From: Epiperipatus broadwayi
Taxonomy: Eukaryota; Animalia; Onychophora
DNA length: 64,000 nucleotides
Reading direction: 5' to 3'
Assembly (NCBI GenBank): GCA_028023455.1
Contig: JAQFVV010000003.1
Span: 6,014,001 to 6,078,000, forward strand
Shown here: positions 52,086-64,000 of the stretch, piece after piece
How positions within the stretch are numbered: position 1 is the stretch's first letter
Layout of the letters: the number at the start of each line of letters is the position of its first letter
Translations under genes and position numbers: made by a program
Notes under the pieces: model-generated
What the model was told of the DNA's origin: nothing
Database searches by the model: none
The model's input: only the letters and a program-made list of their open reading frames with translations

Positions 52086-54740
52086 AAATCCTGATTCAAT
52101 AAAACTCTGACTTCTATAGAGATGGCTCATTTTGAGAGTGGTTCCTAAATCAAAACCAAAATCTTAAATAACATCTCCATATAAATACAGAAATATTTTT
52201 AACTATTCAACAGTGAACAAATGAGTATATTAAACCACCCATCATCATCATCATTATTATTATTTTGTTTTAATTGAGAATTTCAAAACAGAGAAAAAAA
52301 CATTTTTTTTCTTACAAAGAAAACTTTAGTTAACATATCAATTAAAAAAAATAAAGTATTTTTTTTTCTATATGTCATAGCATCGGCCGGAAGGCGAACT
52401 CACAACCGTCTACAACCAACTACTTGCTTGCAAGGCGGCTGCGATGACCTCTCAAAATAATTTCATTGTTTTAATATATTTTCATTATTTGTAAAATGTT
52501 AAAGTTTAAAAATATTTTGCTGCAAACTTTATTTAAAAAGAAGGTTACTTAAATAAAAAAATTAATTGTAGTTTTAGATTTAATCATATTGTGAATATTT
52601 AACATTATTAATTTAAAATACGAAAATTTGTAGAGGGTACATCAAAGGAAATGCATTAAATGTAAATTTAATGCATATTACTGTTGTAATTTATGAATTA
52701 TATATTTCATTTTTAAATTTAATTAAAAGATATATCATGAAAAAACAAATTTAATATTTCAAATACTATATAAAGAGTAATTGTTTGATGTTTGATATGA
52801 CCTTGAAAAATCAAGCCAGTAATTGGGATTAAATAAATTAAATTAGTAGCTAAATCTTACAAAACAATTTTATTATATGATCTAGCAATCATTGTTTGAA
52901 TATTAATTTAATGAAATAAAGTTCTATTGATTTTCTCGGAAATAGTTATTGTATGAGAACATAATATATAAGTGCTGTATGTATATTTACGTGAAGCGAT
53001 ATTAAGTCTTAATAAATTGCATATAGGATTTTCTAAACTTCTTAACATTATAAAAACGAATCAATATTTATGAAACATGTGTTTTGAACTTTGTCCTCAT
53101 CAAATAGTATCTTAGAAGCATTCTGTGTTTAAAACAACACTATAAATAATACACACTCTTTTAATTAACAAATTTATGAATTTGTGAATGCATATATCCA
53201 TGTATTGTATGTTCTAAAATCTAAATAAAGGAAGTATTTAGAGATAAAGCTTTTACAATGCTTAATTGTAAGAGATTAAATAACAGATTTTGGTAAATAA
53301 GAAATCATTTTAAAAGTGATAATATTCTTTTTTTTAAAAAAAAAAAAAGTTGTTTCGTGACATGAATATAAAAAATTTAAGATTAGTAAAACCACAAGAG
53401 AGCGCTAAAAATAAAAAAAGAATGCTTAAATTTAACTGGATGCCATCTGGAAAAGGCTTTAAATTTTAAAATGCTTTAACTAATCAATTGCTATTTCAGC
53501 ATTTTCTAGTTTCACTGTGTGTGTATTTATATATAGTACGTAATACTTGTGTGTTTACTTATATGACGATTAATATTCTAGTGTTATTCTACTAATAATA
53601 ATTAAATAGTTTATTGCTCAGGAATTCATAAGAAATTTGACTACTAGAAGAAATATAGCTGGGTTGTAATCCGTGGACTTTGAGCTCCGGATTCTGTTAC
53701 TATACGATTGTAACAAATCATTCTGGGCATTATGGTTCTAAAATGATGCAAGGCATTTATTTGTAAATCTTTTGGTTGTGTTTGTTATTTTGCAAATTCT
53801 TATAATTTAATTTCCCTGTAACTTTTAACTTGTTTTAGTTAACTATTGTGTCCTTTTTTATTATTTCGAATTTGTTAATATAACTGAGAAATCTTGTTAA
53901 TATCTAACATTTCTGAGTTTCATTTTTATTTATAAAAAAATATAAATGTGATTTAAATGAACAAGGAAAAAAAAGGCACTCAGAGGCACAGATAATGAAA
54001 GTGTCAACTGAAAAAAGAATGGTTTTGGATGAAGTAATTTTTGTTTCGATTCCGATCTAATTTCAATTAATTATGTTTTGACAATAAGTACAATTCTAGG
54101 TGCCAAAGAATTTGAAAGATATTTATTAGTAATAAAATTGTAAAAATGATTTTGTAAAATTATTTTTTATATAGTATTAAAAAAAACGGGAATAGACTAG
54201 TAATCTTTCCAATGAAGAAAGATGTAAAGACAGAACCAAAATTATATTTAAAGATGTCTTATTACTGTATATTTATATATATGCTTGCATGTGTTTGTAT
54301 TGGGACTTCAAGATTCAGAGATTAACTTAAAATAACATCTAATAGTGAACTTACATACATTTTTAAAAAATGAATTGTTAAACTTTTTTTTAAACATATC
54401 TTTACATCTAAACATAACTTTATTTGAGATGATGCGGTTATTGTTTCAAACTTCAGTTCATTCTAGAATTCTATTATTATTAAGTTAAGAAAATAAGTGG
54501 AGATGATATTTTGTTTGTCAATCCAATTCTTTATTTTGTAAGTGTAACATATTGAAAGTATGTGAAATTGCTCAATAATATTTTCATTTGCGTGTATTGT
54601 CTAAGATTTACAATTAGTTTTATTGTTTATTTAATTATATTTGTATAATTAAATTTTTTAAAAAAATTATTTGGTCAGTTTTTTGGGAAGTCAATTGACG
54701 TTAAAGTACAAAAGTGATAGGTTAAACACAAGAAACTCAC

Positions 54741-54777
54741 CACCTTTCAAGACTGCCACCCTTATTACTGCATTAAA
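54741..54777 (-). CDS. Candidate micro-exon (FNAVIRVAVLKG)
   Basis: Acceptor CTGTGTAG and strong donor GTGAGT. Only frame 0 is open, and it is phase-compatible with 48780-48875. Confidence 0.22.
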
Positions 54778-55626
54778 CTACACAGGTTATATATATATAA
54801 TAAAAATTGAACAGCTTTTTTATTTTGGAAACCTATAAGAAGTTTGAGCACCAAAAGCATTAGAAATGGAATAAATCTGAGGACTTTATATTCCAGAGTC
54901 TATCATTGTGCCATTGCACTAAATCAGAGCTATATATAAAATTAAGGCATTTAATACTTTGATACCTATTGTTGCATTTTAGGCACATAGTCTTATGGTT
55001 ATAGTCTTAATATATATACTTTGATAATATTAAAAACAATTTTGTATTTTGATGTAAAAACGGAACTAAATATGAAAAAAAAAAAAACATATTTTGAATT
55101 GTGGTTATTATTATTATTGTTGACTGATTATCACAAAAATTTTTAAGAATTAAAAAATAGTATAATAAAATAAATTAAATGAATATAAATGTTAACTATT
55201 TGAGGTTTTAATATGAATATTTAAGAACTTTAATTAATAATGGATGGCACATAGTTTTAGAAAAGACAGGATAATTAATGGGATAAACCTATTATCATCT
55301 GATTACATGAAAATAAGAATCTATTTTTGAAAAGATCTAATTAGAAATGGAAAGATGTGTTCAAGTAATTTTTTAAATAGCTTGTCCAGTGGGCTAATAA
55401 TATCTAGAATTATCCTGTTTTGTTTATCTCCATGGTAGAATGGTGGACTTAGAACCATTCTGGAATCAATTGTCATCTTAAATAATGCAATTAAAAAAAC
55501 TCAGTTCAGATTAATTGAATGGAACTGTTAAACACTCAGTCTATCATTAAGATGCTTTAGCATCATTTGACCTCCTAAGTAATTTGCTATAAGTAGCTGA
55601 TGATAACAAAACAGAAGTGCACTTAC

Positions 55627-55649
55627 ATGCAAATTGGAATTTTTATTAT
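55627..55649 (-). CDS. Candidate micro-exon (NKNSNLH)
   Basis: Acceptor TTTCAATAG, donor GTAAGT, phase-compatible with 54741-54777. Confidence 0.12.
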
Positions 55650-56146
55650 CTATTGAAATGACTAAATTTTCTTTTCATTTTTTAAACATATATATTGTAA
55701 CCATATATTTAGCCCTGTGGATTAGACATATGTTTTAAAGCATTTTTCATAAGATTATAATAAATAAATTTCTTTATCTGTACTATTATAATAAAAATCT
55801 TAAATTATATGTTTCAGTAGTTAAAGTAATTCAGTTAGCCTATCTAATTAGCATTTATTTAAAAAGGTATCTTAGATTGTTTAATATTTGCTTGAAAAAA
55901 TAAAATTATTATTTTGAAACTAAAGAAGAGTTAATCTAGAGTTCACTATGTTTCAAATAGATGTAATAGTTATTTTATGCTGTCTAAAATGATTAATTAA
56001 GTTTGATAGGATTTTTAATTGTTAATTTTTAAAAATTGTTTTACAATAATAGTTATGATTTATTAAATATCAATTTATGTAAGAGTATTTAAAATCAGAA
56101 TTTAAAGGTAATAAGTATAACTGAGATTAGTATCAATTTTAAATTA

Positions 56147-57351
56147 CACCTGGGTCTCTTTTTACGTGGACTTATTTAACACGATTTTGAAGTTACATGA
56201 TTCGTGTTTTACCGGAAGTCGACCTCCGATAATGCGCTATTACTTTAAATAATAAATTTCGTGCACTTACATTATATTAAAAGTAATAGCATATTATTGG
56301 AATTCTACTTTCATCTTAGTAATTTCAATATTTTCAGTGCTTTATAATAGTAAGATTTTATGCAATAATGAAATTAAAATCATGATTTCCACATTTTATG
56401 TATACACACATTAAAATTTACAAGATTATAATGTAAATTTGTTCAAACATTGTGCGTGTTAATTTTGCATTTTAAATCACATTCTGTTTTTGCTTTTTAA
56501 AAAAGAACGTAATCAATTATTAATCATTTAGTGTCCACAAGTTTATTTTTAAAAGGTCAGTAATAGCAGTGGGCACAATTAAAAATTAAAATCTGATTTT
56601 TAATTGTAATTAACAATTTAAAAATTACTTACGGGCGACTTGAAATTAATGCGATGTAAAATGAAATTTGATTTTTAAACGGAATTGAAAATTAAAAGCA
56701 AAAATAAGAATTTAATTTTTAGTTGTTAATTTTAATTAAATTTTACCCAGCAATGGTGAATAAATGTCTTTTTATTATCATAAGTCTAAGTTCATAAACA
56801 ATTAATAAAATCATCGTCATCGTCAACAGAAAACTATTAACACAACGTGAGAGTGAACTTGGCACTAGTTGTATTTCCTCTTGTGAGAATAATTGCTGAG
56901 ATATTCTTGACTTCGTTTAAGGAAAAGCCAAATACATCACATCACATCACATGAGAATCTGATTTTTTACTAGTTTGCAAATGAACATGTTTTTGGGCAA
57001 ATAGCGATAATAATTACAACGTGTATAAAAAAATATAAATTACTGTACTGTAAATTATGCATAAAAATATATTATTTTGAATAAAATTAAATATTATAGT
57101 TAAAAAAAGTTTGTCTTGTATCAATTTTTTTCAAATTTGAAATTTTTTATTAGTCATATTTTATTTCTTTATTTTTTTTTTTGCGTGAATTTTAAAGTAA
57201 TTTTACATTGGTGCTTTGCTTTTACGCAAATTTTGAAAAATCACAGACTGCATCCCCCCTTTTTCAATATAAGTTACGTCTATTTTTGCACGATTTCATT
57301 TGCGCGTGTTTTCTGAGGAACCTATCTATCGCGTAAAACGAGACCCAGGTG
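56147..57351. mobile_element. Non-autonomous pogo/Tigger-like DNA transposon (1205 bp)
   Basis: TA|CACCTGGGTCTCTTTTTACG ... CGTAAAACGAGACCCAGGTG|TA (19/20-bp TIR, TA flanks). No transposase ORF. Confidence 0.8.
56860..56952 (+). mobile_element. Short 3' fragment of the (ACATC)n-tailed LINE
   Basis: TTGCTGAGATATTCTTGACTTCGTTTAAGGAAAAGCCAAATACATCACATCACATCAC matches 40516-40577. Confidence 0.8.
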
Positions 57352-58083
57352 TAGTTTTAAATATTTGTCAGTAACTAATTTATTTTCATTGCTTTAAAAA
57401 TGGTTATATTTAGTTTGAATGTGTGTCTGTGAATGTTTAGTGCATGCAGATGAAATGAAAGATCTATTAAGTGTATTTTGCCAAATGGATACATTCAATC
57501 AGTTTCTAATTATTAAAAAAATAAGCTTTAAATAATACAAAGAAAAAAAGAAAAAAGAGGTATTTGAATAAAAAGAATGTTTAATCTGTATTAGTATTAT
57601 ATAAATAATTTATTGTAGTAATTAAGTTGTAATCAAAAAAGTTCATTTTCAATCTAGAAAATCACATGACCTAATCATCTGGATTGATAAAGTTCAAAAT
57701 TAGATCAATTAACATGACAAAAGTATGATAGTAATTTAAATATAATGAATATCAGGAAAATATTGTTTTAAAATACTGGAAATGCAGTAGAAAATCTTGA
57801 TATGCACAGGTGTATAAAAAACATGCACACTAATATATAAAGGGAATCTTAGTTTAAATTTTATTAGAATTAACATTTTAACTTCACTTTGGTTTTGAAT
57901 TAACTGGTTTTATTTATCTTTTTCTCTTAAAATAAAATTAAAAAGTTTAAGCTTTATATTTCATCATCATTATGCCTGAATAAGAAAAACCATAAGTTAT
58001 CCATCACTATATTTCTCCTGAAAGTATATGTTCAACTAATTCATCAAACAATTAGTTTAAAGAGATGCTAAAAAAATTCTAAC

Positions 58084-58119
58084 ATGTTTCAAAAAAAGCC
58101 AAAGAACAAGAGAATTCAT
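58084..58119 (+). CDS. Candidate first coding exon (MFQKKPKNKRIH)
   Basis: ATG then open frame to donor CAT|GTAAGG, phase 0. Confidence 0.15.
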
Positions 58120-59418
58120 GTAAGGAAAAGTATGTTGTTTCATTTTTATATAAATATTAACTAATTTTCAATTAGTTATTAATACTAATTATTATTACTA
58201 AAAATAGTCAATATACTTATATCAGGCTAAGATATAGAATGATGAATTTTTATAAAAGTATTAAACCTATATATATATATAAAGTAGCAAAATTAATTAG
58301 AATTATTTTACAAAATTATAATAAAAGACCAATTTATGAAAATCAATCTTTTAATTATCATAAGAAAAAGACTGTATCCAGATTGTTTTATGTTCAAACA
58401 ACATAATTATTCATCTTGAGTTTACTTATTTATTTATTTATTTGCATAGTTTTTCTAAATTACTGGTTGATTCACACGTTGTTTTGTACTTAGAAAAGGA
58501 ATACATATAATTTAAATTTTGCAGTGTCATAATTAATGTTGCTTAAAAAGTTGACTTATTATAATAATAAAACTTCATAAAGAACAATTTATAATTAAAA
58601 TTATTCTTTTGTTCATTACTCCTCTGATTATCATTGAAAAATGTATTTTAAAAGATACTGTTTGCTATTAGAATTATCTGATGTAAGCTCTTGTTATTAT
58701 TTTGAAGTTTTTAAATTTCATTGTGAACATTTTTCAAAAAATTATATTACAAATCCTCATCCTTGGGTTTGCTTTATTTTAATGAAGAATTGTGTGTGCA
58801 TTCCTGTATTACTTCAAGAAAAAACAGAAAAAGGACTTGAACCAAGAGATAATTTCCTTACCTAGGAAAAAACTTTTAATCTCTAGTATGTATATAAAAA
58901 AGGATATTATAATAATGTGTAATTTTTTATGATACATTTAAAATTATTATATTATTATTACTAATTATGATATCATAAAATGTTTTTGAGAATGGTATTC
59001 AAGGAAGAATTGGTAAAACACATGGTAAAAAGGTGTTTATTTTGTGAGTTAGTTTTATTGTTCCAGAATTTTGAATGATTATTTAAAATTATATAAATGA
59101 TTGTACCCAAAGATATAACAGCCTTTTCTATATTTATGAAAAGTATTTCATGAATGAAAGTATTATAAATAGCAGTATGTGTGTAAATTTTTTTAATAGT
59201 TTATAAATAAAGTATTGTCACCATTATGCAACAATAGTTTTGTTGCTATACATATTATCTTAAACTGAGTAAATGAATTATATGGCTTTTGTATGTGATT
59301 GCGAAATAGATAATTATTTATTTGTTTATTATTAATATTAGCTCCATGCCTTTTATTATTAGTAAATCCTTTTGAGGCAATTTTAAATGGATATTATATT
59401 ACTTTTATATATATTTAG

Positions 59419-59570
59419 CTTCTCGATGAGAGAGAAGGCGGCTCATTTATTTATCAGGACTGCTTGCATATAATACAGAGTTCTCATTCATATTTTTACT
59501 ACTTCATATTTCTCTTATTCACTTTGCCTAGAATTTCAATATTAGAGTATATTTTGGTGCACATCCACAG
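59419..59570 (+). CDS. Candidate internal exon (LLDEREGGSFIYQDCLH...HIH)
   Basis: TTTAG acceptor and CAG|GTATGT donor. Frame 0 is open for 152 nt and in phase with 58084-58119. It could be non-coding. Confidence 0.25.
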
Positions 59571-60646
59571 GTATGTTCAGTTTTATATTTCATTATTAGA
59601 TCCACTATAATTTTTTAACTTAAAGAATATTATCAGTGTTGAGCATAGTTATTTGTTCACCCCAATATAGGTATTGTTAATGTTATGTGTTTTATATTGC
59701 ATAATATTTATTGCTATCATATTAACATCTATTAAATACCTTCACACTAATTTTCAATAGTTTTTTGATTAAGAAAAGTGTATAATATCTCTGAGTAACC
59801 TAGACAAAGGCATGTAGATTTATTATTTTACTTTATGGGTACTGAATTGGGAATAAAGAATATATTTGATGAATAAGAAAACTATTGGTTAGTGAATATA
59901 ACTTATGTAATAAAATTGTAGAAATAGTTTTGAGAAAGATACACCAACATATAAGGTGTTAATATTTGTAAATATAGTAGATTAAAAAACATAATAATTA
60001 TTATTGTAAATAAATATTTCTATTATATTGTTTATTATATGTTGTAAATAAATACTTTTATTATTAATTAAATACATTTTTGTTTTGTTGCCATTATGAC
60101 ATCATTGCATTAGCATATCCATTTATCAGAAAGTCTAGTTTAAGAATACATTTCAGTGATCCAGTGTTTATACATTCATTTTTCTTAATAATTATGTAAT
60201 TATTCCACCTGCATTCTTAGAAGATATATTAAATTATTAAGATAAATGTTATATTATTTAATTCATTTCAAATGTGCTTATTATGTAGTTGGTAGTATAA
60301 ACGATATCTTTACTGCCTTCTACATTATTTTGATATTGATTATTCAAATTTGCATTAAAAAATATAACATTACTGTATTTTATAATCAGTAGAAGTGAAT
60401 TAGTTATATTTAAATAATTATAAAGTATTTAGAAATAATTTTCAAATTACCAATTATATATTACTTATGTATTTGAGAACTCTGTTATTCCATTTTCTTA
60501 AAAATACTAAGATTCCAAAATAAACTAAAAAAAGTTTCAAATGTTCCATGTCTAACTTAAATAACTACCATAATTTTTTATTAAGAAGTTAAAGTATTAC
60601 CATTAGCATTTTGTTTCAAAAGAACATTTTATTCTAAATTTGAACT

Positions 60647-60895
60647 CTGAGATTAAGATATTTATAAAACATGAGATAAATATTTTAAAATTGCACAAGA
60701 AACTTATATTTGAGATCAAGATATTTTAAACATGAGATATATTTTAAACATGCAAAAGAACTTATTATATTTGAGATATATTTTAAGACCTAAGATAAGA
60801 TATTTAAAATTGAAAAGCAAATATAAAATATAAAATTGAAAAGCACCTATGTTTGAGATAAAAGATATTTTAAGAACTAAGATAAGATATTCATA
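60647..60895. repeat. Diverged AT-rich minisatellite
   Basis: Recurrent TTTGAGAT..AAGATATTTTAA(G)A.C(T)AAGATAAGATATT units. Confidence 0.7.
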
Positions 60896-63800
60896 TAACC
60901 TTCAATTACTAACCATTACCTAATTTGTTTGGTCCCTGTTCTGCAACTGTTCGGATGGGTTACTATATTATCTTTTTTTATTGATAATATTTATTATATT
61001 TTTTATAGGCAATAAATTTTTTTTATTAAAAATACATTTTCTAGTATTCAAAGGTTTTTGGTAGGTAATTAAAAAAAGCAACTACTAAGTTAAGAGTATT
61101 GTAATTACTGTACTCTTAATAAGTACACAAACTCTAAGTAAATGTAAATAGAATTCCATATTTGTAACACTATTTTATATTTCATTTTATAATTTTCCTT
61201 TACCATTCTCTAGAGTCTATTGGTTTATTCTATGTTTGTGTCATTTGATCAATCATTGTCCACACTAGACACTGCTGTCTATATAAATTGTAATAAATTT
61301 AGGAGAAGAGGTAGTATGATGTTTAGTGTTTAGGTGTAATTTTCTAAATAAAAATATAAAAAACAGCCTTAAATATCTCATTGCAAGGCAAAGGTCATTC
61401 TAAAAACTTCTCATTATTGCATCGCATAGTCTTTTGCTTGCCTATTAATAATGTGTTAGTCAATATTATATTAATAATATGTAGAGAGGTAGATTTAAAA
61501 ACTGAAACTAATGCTTGCTTTTATATTTCAAATGTGGATACAGACTTTGGAGAAAATATGCTAATGACTTCTAATATAAATTTAGACTCAACCAGATGTC
61601 TTCAATTAGATCAAATCTCATATGGTACTTCAAATACCACATAGCTTTATTATTAGCTTGTGGACTTTTTTTGACAGTTTAAGTATTAATAACTTTAAAT
61701 CTTGGCTAAAAATTAATATATCCATCCACTTTTTAATTAAATATAAATACTGTATATGGAATTACTCAACTTTATCTCTTTTTTATGCACATTATCTTAA
61801 AATTTTATTTTGCCATACATTCTTGAAACATGAATATAAAAACATTTGAAAAAAAACTAAATGACTCTCAAGATGCATTTATTGCTGTTCAGCACTTACT
61901 AGGTGATCCAAGTCACAACCTCTTACACACATATATATATATATATATATATAAAATATACAAACCATCATACAATTACAAATATCCAGTAACGCCCCCT
62001 GTTTAAAGATCTATATCTCAATAATAATTATTTCAGTTAGTGTTAACAGTAACTTTCTTTTCATATATATATATATCAAAACAGAGATTAAATATGTTAA
62101 ATACAATCAATTAAACAGAGTATACTTTATAATGTGTGCTTGTGTGTAACCAATTAAATTAAAAAAATCATAGAGTGCACACTCATTAGTTTCAAACCTA
62201 TAATATCACAAACCATCATTCAGAGGAAAAATTCAGAACAGCTCTCTCTCTCTCTCACTGTATCTGTATACCAGATGTAAATCTTAACTGATTTCCAAAC
62301 CAGAACAATTACATGACTTGATTTGTATAGCTAGAATATTTAATAATGGCATATATACTGTTTGTGGTATAATGTTTATTCTTTGACAGGATTTGTAAAA
62401 TTGGTATAAATTATCTTTACTCTTAGTGATGTGACCTTGCTGCTCACTCAGAAAAGTTTCAGAGAATTACATGAGGGATGCTTTGTTCTGATCTTCCTCT
62501 ACAGTCTGGCTTGATCTAGCAACATTATCACCATTACAGATTTATGTGTGCCAATGAAATGGTGATTATATTGGAAATTTATCACGTCTGACTATTTGTC
62601 TCCTTTTTTATAAAGTTTATTATTGTCTAAATTTTTTATAATAAACTTATGCATTTATAAAATTTTACATTAGATAAATATACTCATATACTTCTATATG
62701 ATATTAAAAATATTTTTGCCTCAAAGCAGTTAGTTTATGTAATCAGACATAAGCTAAATGTGATCAAGTAATAATTCTGATGGTAGTTTAGCTTTACTGA
62801 GTATCTTCATAACAACTTGTTTTGGTATTTTAATACTTAAAACTGTGTCATAAATTGTAATGTAACCTTAAGCCTCTAAAATATGTGAATAAAGGATGTA
62901 ACAGTCTCTTTTGTAATAACTATAATAAGTTAATTTGTTTATATGTACATAGATAAGAATGGCAATCTTAAACATACACTAAAAATTTGAAGACTTTTTA
63001 AGAAATCTTTACAGAAAAAGAATGATTGGAAAGGTGAATGAATTTTTGTTTGGTGAGGATGTTTCCCTTGTTTGGGATAACAAGTTATCCAGCTACCTAC
63101 CAATATCTGGATGACTTTGTAAGTTAGCCTTGGGCTGAATACCTGAAAATTTTAAGCTTATTTGGAAATATTTAACATTCTGAAAAAATATACAATATCA
63201 TTCAGATTTGAACTGCAATTTGTGTGCATGACAGGTATATGCATTAATCATTCCATCATGAAGCTCTTAAAACAGGCAAAACTCTCTATACAGTGATCAT
63301 GTGATGTCATGAAGCTCTTTATATATAAATATTATTTAGAAACTTACTTTTTAAAAAAAAAAAATATTATTTAAGAAAAAAAATTTTTTTGATTTAAAAA
63401 AAAAAAAAAAACGTTTAAGAATTGAAATGGAAAACTAATTGATGAGAAGAAGAAATGTTCAGAAAGATGGAAAAATAAAAATTTAAATTCCTTCCATTAA
63501 ATGCTGTTTTAATGGAAGAATACGAAATTTCAAATTCTGAGAAATGTATATTATTGATTTATTTTTTTTTGTTGTCAGCACGTTGTGATCTGGATTGGAT
63601 TTTTTAACTCATCAAAAAGATGACAATTTTACAGTTTTGTCTTAAATGGAGATCAACCAGTTTTTGATTTATGATTGCTCTATTAACCCGATCACATCAA
63701 TCGCCATCTTCAAACATTTTAAAACGTTTATCAGTCATATCAAATAAGACTTTCACTTCCTCTTCTTCATTTGGAAAAAACATTTAATCAATCACAGTTC

Positions 63801-64000
63801 CATCTTTATGCGGTTCAGATGCTTTTATACATATAAAAATTGAACTCCAATATTACTTTTTGGCATTTACAACTATTTATTAGTAAAAATACAATGAAGG
63901 AATGCCCATGGAATATAAAGTCTACATCAAATCAGATTCAAAATGTATGCATAACATGGTCTATGTACTAACTTAAACATAACATGCTATTATCTAAACA

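Noticed and set aside
53645-53730. TIMP...ITTQLYF resembling intradiol dioxygenases
   Set aside because: Lacks the R..HIH metal-binding motif and stops immediately after the match.
61400-61800. Tc1 transposase remnant (DLIEDIW ~ DLNPIENLW) on the minus strand
   Set aside because: A single weak motif with no TIRs or other DDE motifs.

Overview
Very AT-rich animal (probably invertebrate) nuclear DNA with no intact long ORF. Most of the window is CpG-depleted intron/intergenic sequence filled with decayed retroelements. I recognise RTE-like LINEs (3.0-4.5 kb, 29.7-31.8 kb), CR1/Jockey-like RT (14.4-15.3, 18.6-19.2 kb), L1/Tx1-like RT (19.9-21.2, 43.5-45.4 kb), a LINE ORF1 zinc-knuckle remnant (33-35 kb), a LINE 3' end with an (ACATC)n tail (two copies), and probable R4-like and Penelope-like RT remnants. 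There are also TIR/foldback DNA elements and long (TA)n and (ATT)n arrays. Two CpG-retaining islands (~1-2.35 kb and ~35.2-37.1 kb) look like promoters. Only short, low-confidence candidate exons were found and no gene could be named. Leads worth checking: (1) a three-copy ~150-bp repeat whose copies together reconstruct a minimal type I hammerhead ribozyme (retrozyme/Penelope-like); (2) an inverted-arm repeat family, one copy of which sits in an RTE with a 12-bp target-site duplication; (3) a Tx1-like element bracketed by (ATT)n; (4) a pre-miRNA-like hairpin in a CpG island; (5) a possible decayed NACHT-type gene. All calls were made by eye with no database searches, and the boundaries of decayed elements are approximate.
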